This document shows positions 9,791 to 18,855 of a DNA stretch of 64,000 nucleotides, piece by piece. The translations under genes were made by a program, and so were the position numbers. The notes under the pieces are model-generated. The model saw only the letters and a list, made by a program, of their open reading frames with translations, did no database searches and was not told the origin of the DNA. The stretch's first letter is position 1. Each line of letters begins with the position of its first letter. Origin of the DNA: Candidatus Yanofskybacteria bacterium (GTDB lineage Bacteria > Patescibacteriota > Minisyncoccia > 2-02-FULL-40-12 > IGHO2-12-FULL-4). The stretch covers positions 23,008-87,007 of the forward strand of contig JACPNK010000007.1 of assembly GCA_016185525.1 (NCBI GenBank), written 5' to 3'.

Positions 9791-10843
9791 TTAAACCTTG
9801 ATGATTTTTTCCCAAGGCAAACTTGGCTTGCTGAAGTGGCCGTAAGTAGCTGTTTGAGTAAAAATGGGTTTGCGCAGACCCAGCCTTTCAATGATTGCCA
9901 ACGGAGAAAAATCAAATTTTTCTGCGATTACTTTTTTAATTCTCTTCTCGTCGCCTGTTTTATAAGTTTCTACCTCAACCATAAGAGGTTCTTTTTTGCC
10001 TATGGCGTAAGCGATGCTGACCAGGCATTTTTTTGCCAGTTTGTTGGCGACTATGTTTTTGGCGGCAAAGCGGGCCATGTAGGCGGCCGAACGGTCAACC
10101 TTACTTGCGTCTTTTCCGGAAAAACAGCCGCCGCCGTGAGGAATCAGTCCGCCATAAGTGTCAACCATGATTTTTCTGCCGGTAAGACCGGTATCAGCAG
10201 TAAAACCTCCAACGACAAATCTGCCGGTTGGGTTTATCAGTACTTGATAGTTGCCGGAGCCAACTACCGGCTTAATCAATTTTTTTGTGAGCAGTTCCCG
10301 TATCTCTGACAACCCCATCTTTTCGTCGTGCTGGCAAGAAACAACAACCGCACTTACTTTTTTTCCCGCCACAGTAACTTGAGATTTGCCGTCCGGTCTT
10401 AACCACGAAAATTGAGGGTTTTTTCTTCTCAACTCTTCCAAACCCTTTGTGAGTTTGTGCGCCAAAACTACGGGCAAGGGCAGTAATTCGGGGGTTTCGT
10501 CAGTGGCGTAACCATACATAATACCTTGGTCGCCGGCTCCGCCTGTGTCCACCCCCATAGCTATATCGGGTGATTGTTTGTTTACATTTACCACTATTTT
10601 CGGTTTATCTTTGTAGCCGATTTCGTAATATATTTTTTTGACCAAGGAGGGCACGTCTACAGTTCCCTTGCTTGTCACTTCTCCGCCGACAACTATTAGT
10701 CCGCTGGAACCAAAAGTTTCCACGGCGACTCTGCTTTTGGGATCTTGTTCCAAAAATGCATCCAATATGGTATCTGAAATTTGGTCGCAGATTTTGTCCG
10801 GATGGCCGGAGGTAACGCTCTCGGCTGTAAATAATTTAGCCAT
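9791..10843 (-). CDS. metK: S-adenosylmethionine synthetase
   Basis: The MAKLFTAESVTSGHPDKICDQISD N-terminus is diagnostic for MetK. Confidence 0.92.
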   Translation of the reverse strand: MAKLFTAESVTSGHPDKICDQISDTILDAFLEQDPKSRVAVETFGSSGLIVVGGEVTSKGTVDVPSLVKKIYYEIGYKDKPKIVVNVNKQSPDIAMGVDTGGAGDQGIMYGYATDETPELLPLPVVLAHKLTKGLEELRRKNPQFSWLRPDGKSQVTVAGKKVSAVVVSCQHDEKMGLSEIRELLTKKLIKPVVGSGNYQVLINPTGRFVVGGFTADTGLTGRKIMVDTYGGLIPHGGGCFSGKDASKVDRSAAYMARFAAKNIVANKLAKKCLVSIAYAIGKKEPLMVEVETYKTGDEKRIKKVIAEKFDFSPLAIIERLGLRKPIFTQTATYGHFSKPSLPWEKIIKV

Positions 10844-10990
10844 AAAAAAATGTTATCAGATAAACAGTTGCTGTCAACGTGTATTTTTCTTTTTACCCAT
10901 GCTTGAAAATTTTAGGTTGGCCATATGCCTTAATTATGGCTTAAAACCTAGGTTATTCCACAACGTGTGCGTGGATAGTACCGAAGACAC

Positions 10991-11020
10991 TTGACAGGCG
11001 GAGATGATAAATGGTAATGT
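10991..11020 (+). promoter_or_regulatory. Putative sigma70 promoter (TTGACA, 18-nt spacer, TAATGT)
   Basis: Read directly from the sequence upstream of the 11050 gene. Confidence 0.35.
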
Positions 11021-11049
11021 ACACCAAGAGTTATTTGAAAGGAGCAAAT

Positions 11050-11319
11050 ATGGGAGTACTGATAGTGGGAATAACGGGCGCAGTTCTGGGTCTATTGGCT
11101 GGAGTAAAGTTCTTGCTCTGGTGGATGGGGAGTGGATATATGCCGGGATATTATTTCTGGGGTGGCGAAGTGTTGTTTTGCCTAACGCTTTTAATACCCT
11201 TGGCCGTTTCCATAATGTTGGGATTCGAGCTGGGCATTTTTGCTGGAAAAATGTTCACTCTTGGCCTTTACTCCTATCTGGATAAGCTGGATAAGGTAAA
11301 AAATACAAAAACCGACTAA
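11050..11319 (+). CDS. Small integral membrane protein, hypothetical
   Basis: AAAGGAG RBS 6 nt before the ATG at 11050. The protein is 89 aa, hydrophobic and Gly-rich. The terminator hairpin at 11307-11338 overlaps the stop codon. Confidence 0.55.
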   Translation: MGVLIVGITGAVLGLLAGVKFLLWWMGSGYMPGYYFWGGEVLFCLTLLIPLAVSIMLGFELGIFAGKMFTLGLYSYLDKLDKVKNTKTD

Positions 11320-11334
11320 CATCGGTTTTTCTTT

Positions 11335-11685
11335 TTGCCATCTCTGCTTGAAAGTTTTAAGAAAAAAGCTAATATCTTATCTAGCACATTGAGAAAGGGG
11401 AAAGTATATGAATTGCGACAATGCCAGAAGTACCTTAAGAAAGATGCATGCACCAGTGACAACCACGATTTTATTGGAGAAAGAGAGGCCGATTACGCCC
11501 TTGAGCATGCTTCTGGATGCGATAATTGTAAAGCTTGGTTTAAGGAAGAATTGTGTGAAAGGTTGAGAGAACAAGCCGAAGGCAACAGTTTGGCAGAAGA
11601 TGTGTTGATGAGCCACGGCATGATGCACGAAATCTTAGATATTGATTGTCCTACTTTTGACGATCTTGGTAATCTTAGAAATTGA
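11335..11685 (+). CDS. Cys-rich putative zinc-finger protein, hypothetical (start uncertain)
   Basis: 116-codon open frame with a C..C/H..C..C pattern. There is no in-frame ATG before the C-terminal end, so a TTG start at 11335 or 11412 would be needed. An alternative 53-aa frame-2 ORF at 11408 has the better RBS. Confidence 0.25.
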   Translation: MPSLLESFKKKANILSSTLRKGKVYELRQCQKYLKKDACTSDNHDFIGEREADYALEHASGCDNCKAWFKEELCERLREQAEGNSLAEDVLMSHGMMHEILDIDCPTFDDLGNLRN

Positions 11686-11696
11686 GGGTGTAACAC

Positions 11697-12095
11697 ATGA
11701 ACGAAGTCTGTCAGAGGTTGTCTATTCAGGATTCTGTTTTGTTGTCAGCGTCCCGCGCAAATTTACCCAAAACTATCAAAGCTGTTATTGAGGAGGGTGT
11801 AGACCCAAATATTAAGAGATTAACTGATGGATATACGCCTCTGTTGTTGGCGGCTTGGGATGGGCTATTGGATAACGTAAGGGTTTTGGTTGAGGCAGGC
11901 GCTGATATTAACGCAGTTAGCAACGAAGGCGGTTCGGCGCTTATGCTTGCGGCGCAAAGGGGCTGGAGAGAGATTGTTGAATATCTGCTTTCTCGTGGTG
12001 CGGACAAAACGCTTGTTGATCTAGAGGGATACACAGCTTTAGGTGCCGCGCAAACAATGGGCCATTTAGAGATAGTCAAGTTGATTAGCCGATAA
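11697..12095 (+). CDS. Ankyrin-repeat protein (3 repeats)
   Basis: DGYTPLLLAAWDGLLDNVRVLVEAGADINA, GGSALMLAAQRGWREIVEYLLSRGAD and GYTALGAAQTMGHLEIVKLI are canonical ANK repeats. The region is locally GC-richer. Confidence 0.8.
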   Translation: MNEVCQRLSIQDSVLLSASRANLPKTIKAVIEEGVDPNIKRLTDGYTPLLLAAWDGLLDNVRVLVEAGADINAVSNEGGSALMLAAQRGWREIVEYLLSRGADKTLVDLEGYTALGAAQTMGHLEIVKLISR

Positions 12096-12113
12096 CATCG
12101 GCTTTTCTTTTTG
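12087..12113 (+). terminator. Rho-independent terminator (agccgat-aac-atcggct plus T-run); near-identical copy at 11307-11338
   Basis: 7-bp stem plus tttcttttt. The 20-nt tail atcggNttttctttttgcca is shared 19/20 with 11321-11340. Confidence 0.6.
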
Positions 12114-12127
12114 CCAATTTTTGTGTT

Positions 12128-12997
12128 ATGAAATTTGAAATGGGTGAAAATATTTCTAAAAAAGAATGGGCAATTTTGGGAGGCTTGGTTCTTGTCGCTT
12201 TTCTCTCTTTTTCTTTTGGTAGCAACGATGGTTTACTTCATATTTACTTTTTGGATGTCGGGCAAGGAGACGCGATATTTGTAGAGACTCCGAGCGGCAA
12301 GCAAATTTTGATTGATGGCGGGCCGGACGAAACTATTTTGCAGAGACTAGGCGAGGTGATGCCTTTTTATGACAGGGTTATAGATTTAGTCATCAACACG
12401 CACCCGGATGCCGACCATTTGGCTGGTTTGTTGAGTGTTCTGGAAAGATACAAAGTTCTAGCGATTGCTGAAACAGGAATGGCTTGTGAGACTTCTTTGT
12501 GCGCCGAGTGGAAAAATTTAAAAACTGACGAGGGTGCTGATTTGATTAATCTTGTTCTTGGGCAGGAAATGGAGGCGGGCGGAGCCCGCTTTTTGGTTTT
12601 GCATCCTTTTGAGGATGAAACGGGCAAGACTTTTTCTAAAAGGAACAACGGCGGAATTGTTTTGAAGCTTGTTTTCGGGTCTCAATCGCTTTTACTTACC
12701 GGTGATATTGAAAAGCAGGTTGAGAACAAACTGGTTTCGGCGGGGATAAATATAGATTCAGATTTTTTGAAGATTGCGCATCACGGCAGTAAGACTTCAA
12801 GCACGGAAGAATTCATAAAAAAAGTCAGCCCCTTGGCGGCTTTTATTGAAGTGGGGCGGAATAACAAATACGGACACCCTACGGAAGAAGTTATAAACAG
12901 ACTTGCGGATTTTAAGATTCCGTATTATCGTACAGATATAGACGGGACGGTTGAATTAAGGTTGGATAGGGCTGGCGGTTATAAAGTGATCAAGTAA
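12128..12997 (+). CDS. Metallo-beta-lactamase-fold protein matching the ComEC C-terminal domain, with an N-terminal TM helix
   Basis: HPDADHLAGL and IAHHGSKTSS...GRNNKYGHPTEEV are characteristic of the ComEC MBL domain. Confidence 0.8.
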   Translation: MKFEMGENISKKEWAILGGLVLVAFLSFSFGSNDGLLHIYFLDVGQGDAIFVETPSGKQILIDGGPDETILQRLGEVMPFYDRVIDLVINTHPDADHLAGLLSVLERYKVLAIAETGMACETSLCAEWKNLKTDEGADLINLVLGQEMEAGGARFLVLHPFEDETGKTFSKRNNGGIVLKLVFGSQSLLLTGDIEKQVENKLVSAGINIDSDFLKIAHHGSKTSSTEEFIKKVSPLAAFIEVGRNNKYGHPTEEVINRLADFKIPYYRTDIDGTVELRLDRAGGYKVIK

Positions 12998-13076
12998 AGT
13001 TGGTCATTTGAACATTAGACATTGGGGTTTCTTTAGAATAATTAGGTCAATTAGAATAATTAGAAATTAAAATTTT

Positions 13077-13589
13077 ATGTCTGATCAACTGCAACGAACC
13101 TTAGTCTTGCTAAAACCCGACACGATAAATCGGGGGATTGTTGGTGAGATTTTACAGAAATTTGAGAGAGTTGGCGCGAAAATGATCGGTCTCAAGCTTA
13201 TACAATGCGATGAAAAAACTGCTATGTGTCATTATGGCGAAGATGTTGTCCGCAGGCGCGGAGAGCATATCAGAAAGCTGATGGTTGAGATGCTCACAAC
13301 GAGCCCGGTTGTTGCTGTCGTTTTTGAAGGCGTAGAGATAGTTGAGGTGGTGCGCAAGCTTGTGGGCGAAACGGAACCTAAAAAAGCCGCGCCCGGCACA
13401 ATTCGGGGCGACTATGCCCATGTTTCTTATGCTTACTCTGACGCCAAAAAAATCGGCGTATTTAACTTAATACATGCTTCGGCCAATCCGGAAGAAGCGA
13501 AAGCAGAAATTGATGTTTGGTTTAAACCGGAAGAACTGGTGAACCACAAGCCTTTATATACAAAGTATGTTTTAAGAGAAGATGACTGA
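13077..13589 (+). CDS. ndk: Nucleoside diphosphate kinase
   Basis: TLVLLKPDTINRGIVGEIL...NLIHASANPEEAKAEIDVWF matches the NDK family. Confidence 0.8.
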   Translation: MSDQLQRTLVLLKPDTINRGIVGEILQKFERVGAKMIGLKLIQCDEKTAMCHYGEDVVRRRGEHIRKLMVEMLTTSPVVAVVFEGVEIVEVVRKLVGETEPKKAAPGTIRGDYAHVSYAYSDAKKIGVFNLIHASANPEEAKAEIDVWFKPEELVNHKPLYTKYVLREDD

Positions 13590-14109
13590 CGTTGGACGTC
13601 CGGAAAAAGCAACAGTCATCAGATCAACCAACAAGAACTTGCAAAAACTTGATCCAAAACTGCATATCGTGGCGGCGACTGCAATTATTGTAAAAGATAA
13701 TAAATTTTTGATTGCAAAAAGAGCGTCTTGGGAAAAAGCCTTTCCTGACAAGTGGACAGTCCCGGGCGGAAAGTTGAAGTTTGGCGAATATAAACTGGAA
13801 AGAGTCGCTTCCGGTTTTCCACAGCAGTATAATGTCGTGGATTGGCTGGTTCGCAAGGAAGTTAAAGAAGAAGTCGGTTTGGAAATAAAAAAGCCAAGCT
13901 ATCTTTGCGACTTGGTTTTTATCCGGCCGGACGGCTTTCCGGTGGTTACCCTTTCTTACTGGGCTCATTACAAAAGCGGCAAAGTCAAGCTTTCAAAAGA
14001 AATGACTGACCATGCTTGGGTTAATCTTAAAGAGGCCAAAAAATACGATCTGATTGACGGTATTTGGGATGAATTAAAAATGGTTGATAGTATTTTGAAG
14101 AAGAGTTAA
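13582..14109 (+). CDS. NUDIX hydrolase
   Basis: Nudix box ...REVKEEVGLE. Confidence 0.75.
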   Translation: MTDVGRPEKATVIRSTNKNLQKLDPKLHIVAATAIIVKDNKFLIAKRASWEKAFPDKWTVPGGKLKFGEYKLERVASGFPQQYNVVDWLVRKEVKEEVGLEIKKPSYLCDLVFIRPDGFPVVTLSYWAHYKSGKVKLSKEMTDHAWVNLKEAKKYDLIDGIWDELKMVDSILKKS

Positions 14110-14290
14110 AATATTATCGGAGGCTGGACTGGTTTGAGGTGAAGATTTAGGACATTTAATTTTTCCAGGGAGTCTTTATAGAATTTCTTTAATGAAATTT
14201 CATTGTTTGGAATTTCTGATAGGAAGTTTTGCGGACACCCACTTAATTTTAGCTAAATTCTTAACCTCTGACCGGTTTCAGCCTTCAATT

Positions 14291-14320
14291 AAAAATCCCC
14301 CATTGGGGGATTTTTTTTGT
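14291..14320. terminator. Bidirectional terminator aaaaatccccc-attg-ggggatttttttt between convergent genes
   Basis: Perfect palindrome with A/T runs on both sides. Confidence 0.6.
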
Positions 14321-14330
14321 AATCTTTGCT

Positions 14331-15428
14331 TTAGACTTCGTCAAATAAAAATGGCGGTCTAAAAAAATGGTCAGCAAGCAGTTCTTTGTAGATTCCCGAG
14401 TCTTTCAGCCAGAGGACAGCCGCAACTGAAGAAAGTAGGGCGTTGCCGTCTTGAGGGGTGAAACAGCGGCCGACAACTTCGTGGCCTCCGGAGATAACCT
14501 CAATTGATGGCAGACAGACCACTGTTTGGTTTAGGATTCTTCCGTAATTTCCACGGTCTCTACCTCCAGAAAAAATTTGGTTGTTGGTGTTTCGGTAGGT
14601 GACAGCTGTTAAGGGGTTGTTGCGGAATCTTTTTTCCACTTCTTCTTTCGTAACAAAACTTTTTGTCATGATAGAAAAATATACCGTATGCATATATGAG
14701 TTATTGAGAATGTCGGCTGCCGTGTGAATGTCCAAATTTATGTCGCCCAAAGTTCTTAAAACTCGAATGGCATCTACTGCTTGGTGCGAGCCGTAACCCG
14801 TGTCTGTCGGTTCTCCCACCTCTACTCCGACGGTGGACTCTGACTGTGAGACATCGCTTGCCCGTCTTCCAAGATAGAATCGCGCTCTGATTAAGTTATC
14901 ATAGTTAAATTTCCCCATGTTTTCTGGGTCTAGAGCCAAAGTTTTCAGCAAGACTAAGACTTGATGAGTATTACAGCTTACAACCTGCAGAAACCGATCT
15001 CTACCCGGTTCTAAAGCCGAGTCATTTATATTCAGAGCGTACGGCTTGCCGAATCCCTTTTCTGATCCTTGGGCGATAAAGCCTAGTTTTCTGGCGGTTT
15101 TTTCATAATATTTTCTTTTAAATTCTCTAGCTATGCCTTTGTCGGTGCAGTCAACAATAATGTCGGCTCGGTTAAGGGCTTGAGTGAAAGTGTAGTCCGG
15201 TTCCAAACAGTATCCTTCAAGAAGCTTTTTAAAATTATCCAAGCTTTCAGATGGGACTGCTAGCTTGGCTCCTTCGTGGATAAAATCAACTATAAAACCG
15301 CGGTCTTTTAGTAACGGTAAGTGTTTGTGAAAAATAATCTCATCAATGCCAAGAGCCTTTTTTACAGTTAAAAAAAGCTTTATTAAAGGCTGTCCAATGG
15401 TGCCTGTACCAACCACCAAAATTCTCAT
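14331..15428 (-). CDS. gap: Type II (archaeal-type) glyceraldehyde-3-phosphate dehydrogenase
   Basis: N-terminal Rossmann fold (VVGTGTIG). Catalytic VVSCNTHQV aligns to archaeal GAPDH VVSCNTTGL. RRASD and MHTV also match the archaeal enzyme. Confidence 0.6.
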   Translation of the reverse strand: MRILVVGTGTIGQPLIKLFLTVKKALGIDEIIFHKHLPLLKDRGFIVDFIHEGAKLAVPSESLDNFKKLLEGYCLEPDYTFTQALNRADIIVDCTDKGIAREFKRKYYEKTARKLGFIAQGSEKGFGKPYALNINDSALEPGRDRFLQVVSCNTHQVLVLLKTLALDPENMGKFNYDNLIRARFYLGRRASDVSQSESTVGVEVGEPTDTGYGSHQAVDAIRVLRTLGDINLDIHTAADILNNSYMHTVYFSIMTKSFVTKEEVEKRFRNNPLTAVTYRNTNNQIFSGGRDRGNYGRILNQTVVCLPSIEVISGGHEVVGRCFTPQDGNALLSSVAAVLWLKDSGIYKELLADHFFRPPFLFDEV

Positions 15429-15510
15429 TTTAACTCCCTCAAGTTTTTTTAAAGATCTTTATACCGAAAATATTAGACTTTTTGATGTTTAAGTACAAGA
15501 GCGCTCACTA

Positions 15511-15539
15511 TTGACTTTTTGTGGGCAAAGTATTATAAT
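15511..15539 (+). promoter_or_regulatory. Consensus sigma70 promoter (TTGACT, 17-nt spacer, TATAAT)
   Basis: Exact hexamers with optimal spacing about 75 nt upstream of the 15613 ORF. Confidence 0.55.
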
Positions 15540-15612
15540 TAATAGAATAACTAGCCTTTACTTTTGCTTAGCATTGCGCTAACTTAGTAGATTAGTAAAT
15601 TAACCTTAAATT

Positions 15613-18075
15613 ATGCAGAAATACCCGATAAGTAATAAAAAGCTTTTATTTTCAAGTCTGATTATCTTATCTCTCATATTTTCTCTTTTGCCTCTCAATG
15701 GTGATTTTAGTGTTCAGAGTGTTCGAGCAGATGGCCCGAGATGCTTTTTGAACTGGGCTGCGCCTACCCTAAATGATGGCAGAGGAGTGAGAAGAATTGG
15801 TGAACCGTCAAATGTGGCCATTGAATTTCTGGGTTTCAGCCCGAATGAAACAGTGGTGCTTAAGAATACTAATTTAAACAACGGCGACACTCGTTCCGCA
15901 CCGATAACTGTAGATGACTACGGCAATTTTTATGTTTATGACCAGACTCCCATTCGTGCCGATGAGTACAAGCCGGGAACTTACAAAACAGAAGTTGTTG
16001 ACGCTTGGCACCGTGTTTTAGCTACTTGCGATAGAAGTTTTGTGATTTTGTCTAACACCACCACCACAACCGTGCCGTCTACTACAACTACGACTGTTCC
16101 TCCGACTACCACGACTACCGTTGTACCAACCACGACTACTACCACAACCATTTCTCCGACAACGACAACTGCCGCTCCAACTACCACAACGACTGTCGCT
16201 CCTACAACCACTACTACCACCACTGTTGCGCCGAGATCAGTCAATATAATTTTACCGGGAAATAATATTGAAACTTGGGAACAAGGTGAAACTTATCCTA
16301 TTCTTTGGCAATCTACGGGCGGGATAAGCGGGATTCACATAAGATTTAACCTGTATGGCGGTGCGATTTTTGATGTGTTGTTAAATAATAATCCAGGAAC
16401 TTATGATTTTACCGTGCCTTATTACTATCCGACAGGTTTAGCTAAAGTTTACGTTATTGACAGAGACAATCCGGACGTTTTCTCGGTAAGGGGAATAAAG
16501 ATTTCAGATTTTTCTTTTTCAACACCCGTTCCGACGCCTACTCAAAATTACTCATCTTTAGATTTAAGAACGTTTAACGTCAGAAATATTTCAAGAGGAC
16601 AATCATCTTTCGGCCAAAGTGTTTCGGTTGAAAGAGGCGATGAGCTGGAGTTTTTCATCAACGTTTCCAACTTTTCTTCGGCTTTAGCAAGAGATGCTTG
16701 GCTTGAAGTAAATCTGCCGTCTTATCTGACGTTTACGCCCAACTCTCTTATTGTCAGAGGAAATCGTCTTTCAAATTCAAGTTTCGGCGGAGTCTTTTTG
16801 GGCAATTTTTACTCCGGAGATCAACAGGATATATTCTTCCGCGCCCGAAGCACTGGCTACCAAAACGGAACAAATCAAATCTATGCCAATCTTTCAGGTT
16901 CTAACTTCGGTTCCAACACCAGAAGTGTGACGGCCTACTTAGACGGTGGTTTTACTCCGACACCTACACCCGGCTATTCTAGTTTTGTTTCTATCAGCAA
17001 GTTAGGCAAGAACATTTCAAAAGGTGATACTAACTGGTTAAAAACAGTTCAAGCTGAACCGGGCGACATCGTACAGTTCTCAATCATGCTTACATCTAAC
17101 GGCGGTGTGACTGCTAGAAATATCTATACCCGCGATTTTCTTGACGGTTTGCTTGAATTTATTCCGGGGTCAGTTGCGATTAACAGCATTTCATCTTCGG
17201 ACTCTCTGATTAACAGCGGCAACGGTCTTTATGTCGGCGATATTTATCCGGGTGATGTGAAATTTGTTAAGTTTCAGGCTCGAGTTGCTCCAGCCGGCAA
17301 CTTTCCAAGAACCAACACCATTATTTCCAACAGAGCCGAAGTCAGGGGGAGCAATATATCAATGCAAAGCGATAACTCGAGCGTGAATGTCTTTAACCGT
17401 TTTACAAGTGCCACACCAGCTCCGACTCCTTCACCAACTAACCCGGTGGTAATACAACAGCTTGTCTATGTAAATTCTAACTTTGTTGACGTTATCAAGC
17501 TTGGAAAAAACTTAACGGCTGGCCAAAAAACAGCCACCAAGCAAATTACTGCCGCTCCCGGTGATGAATTAGAGTTTCAAATCAAAATTACCTCAACCAG
17601 TTCCAGAAAAGTCAGCAAGGTTTTCGTCAAAGACTCTCTTCCTGAACAAATTGATTACATATTCAACTCTAGCCGTATGGAGAATAGTGTTTTGGATACA
17701 GATATTGTCAGGCAGGGTGTAAGCATTGATTCTCTTAAACCTAATGAGAGCAGAGTCATCACCTATCGGGCTAGAGTTCTGCCGGCTGATGAATTTTCCG
17801 ATAGAAAAGGCGAAGACCTTGAGGTTGAAAACTCTGTAACTGTAACCGGTGAAAATATGCCCCAAGCCAGCGATGAGGTTAAGATTTTGATTAATTTACG
17901 GGGAACAAGGAACTTGCTGGGCGGACTTTTGTCTGCCGGCGGTAACTGGCTTCTGCTGATCTTGGCGGTGGCCGTGGCATTGGTTCTGTTTTTCCTCCTT
18001 AGAGAAGAAAAGAAGAGATCAAGAAACGGCTTTGCTTCTCAACCTGTGGCCTTAGACAGATATCAAACAAATTAA
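15613..18075 (+). CDS. Cell-surface protein: signal peptide, Thr/Pro-rich linker, three DUF11-like repeat domains, C-terminal TM anchor
   Basis: 820 aa with a hydrophobic N-terminus and T/P tracts. It has three paralogous roughly 50-aa segments (..GD.LEF.I..). The C-terminus reads LLILAVAVALVLFFLL followed by a basic tail. Confidence 0.7.
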   Translation: MQKYPISNKKLLFSSLIILSLIFSLLPLNGDFSVQSVRADGPRCFLNWAAPTLNDGRGVRRIGEPSNVAIEFLGFSPNETVVLKNTNLNNGDTRSAPITVDDYGNFYVYDQTPIRADEYKPGTYKTEVVDAWHRVLATCDRSFVILSNTTTTTVPSTTTTTVPPTTTTTVVPTTTTTTTISPTTTTAAPTTTTTVAPTTTTTTTVAPRSVNIILPGNNIETWEQGETYPILWQSTGGISGIHIRFNLYGGAIFDVLLNNNPGTYDFTVPYYYPTGLAKVYVIDRDNPDVFSVRGIKISDFSFSTPVPTPTQNYSSLDLRTFNVRNISRGQSSFGQSVSVERGDELEFFINVSNFSSALARDAWLEVNLPSYLTFTPNSLIVRGNRLSNSSFGGVFLGNFYSGDQQDIFFRARSTGYQNGTNQIYANLSGSNFGSNTRSVTAYLDGGFTPTPTPGYSSFVSISKLGKNISKGDTNWLKTVQAEPGDIVQFSIMLTSNGGVTARNIYTRDFLDGLLEFIPGSVAINSISSSDSLINSGNGLYVGDIYPGDVKFVKFQARVAPAGNFPRTNTIISNRAEVRGSNISMQSDNSSVNVFNRFTSATPAPTPSPTNPVVIQQLVYVNSNFVDVIKLGKNLTAGQKTATKQITAAPGDELEFQIKITSTSSRKVSKVFVKDSLPEQIDYIFNSSRMENSVLDTDIVRQGVSIDSLKPNESRVITYRARVLPADEFSDRKGEDLEVENSVTVTGENMPQASDEVKILINLRGTRNLLGGLLSAGGNWLLLILAVAVALVLFFLLREEKKRSRNGFASQPVALDRYQTN
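16060..16235 (+). repeat. Degenerate tandem ACN-codon repeat encoding the Thr/Pro-rich linker
   Basis: Repeated accac(c/t)ac(n) units inside the CDS. Confidence 0.7.
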
Positions 18076-18172
18076 TGTAATCAAAAAGACACCGAACGGT
18101 GTCTTTTTGATTACTTGCTTAATAAGAAAATTAGTGTTACGATTTAGCCAGAAGTTTTACAAAGGGGATAGA

Positions 18173-18730
18173 ATGACAAAGATGTGTCTTTTGAGAGTTT
18201 TGATTATTTCGTTGGTTTTTATTCTGTTGTTCCTTGTCGGGAGTTCGGTGTCAGCCCAAAAAATGACGATGGACCCGGTCTTGCCCGAAGGTTTCAAAGA
18301 CTGGCCCCATAAGTTTGAAAAATCAAAGAAAATCAATGACAAAAGCACTCTTACTTTAAACTTCTACGCCAAAAGAAAAGAAGGAGTGTTAAACCTTTTG
18401 AGGATATGGAGTGTTAACGGCCAACTTGTGCATTCAGTTTTTATGGAAAGCGGTACTGGCTTGAATGGTAACGAGGGTGGGTGGTCGGATCAGTACTGGC
18501 TTGGAGATGCTGGTGGTTACATAAGCTGGAGCTGGGGGGTTAGGTCTGATCCAAAAGACACAATCAAATTTCCGACTAAAGATGAGTTGGATATAATAAT
18601 GAGTATTGTCGTTGGCAACATTAAAAATAAATTTGACTTTGATTTTAACAAGCAATCTAAAGAGTTTGAGTACGATTCGGACTTAAAACGACTTATATTA
18701 GAGACTGTTCAAGAAGAAAAGCCTAAGTAG
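18173..18730 (+). CDS. Secreted or exported hypothetical protein (signal peptide)
   Basis: AAAGGGGA RBS precedes the ATG at 18173. The N-terminus MTKMCLLRVLIISLVFILLFLVGSSVSAQ is signal-like. The ORF track start at 18107 looks spurious. Confidence 0.5.
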   Translation: MTKMCLLRVLIISLVFILLFLVGSSVSAQKMTMDPVLPEGFKDWPHKFEKSKKINDKSTLTLNFYAKRKEGVLNLLRIWSVNGQLVHSVFMESGTGLNGNEGGWSDQYWLGDAGGYISWSWGVRSDPKDTIKFPTKDELDIIMSIVVGNIKNKFDFDFNKQSKEFEYDSDLKRLILETVQEEKPK

Positions 18731-18735
18731 TTTCA

Positions 18736-18762
18736 CCCGCACTTTAAAGCGGGTTTTGTTTT
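18736..18762 (+). terminator. Rho-independent terminator cccgc-actttaaa-gcggg plus T-run
   Basis: Read directly from the sequence. Confidence 0.6.
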
Positions 18763-18765
18763 ACT

Positions 18766-18843
18766 TGGTCGGGCCGGCGGGAGTCGAACCCGCTAAAACC
18801 TCACCCACCCCAAGGGTGCGTGCTACCGGTACACCACGGCCCG
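18766..18843 (-). tRNA. tRNA-Pro (anticodon GGG), CCA encoded
   Basis: The reverse complement folds with acceptor CGGGCCG/CGGCCCG, C1-G72 and discriminator A (Pro-typical). The anticodon loop is UUGGGGU, the T-arm GCGGG-TTCGACT-CCCGC, and the 3' end is CCA. Confidence 0.8.
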
Positions 18844-18855
18844 CTAAAATTAAAG

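Noticed and set aside
11408-11569. 53-aa frame-2 ORF with a good RBS inside the 11335-11685 frame
   Set aside because: It is kept only as an alternative. It has no motifs, and the overlapping longer frame has an ordered Cys pattern. Neither can be confirmed from sequence alone.
15981-16244. 87-aa Val-rich ORF on the minus strand
   Set aside because: It is the antisense translation of the Thr-codon (ACN) repeat inside the surface-protein gene. It is a pure artefact of the repeat.
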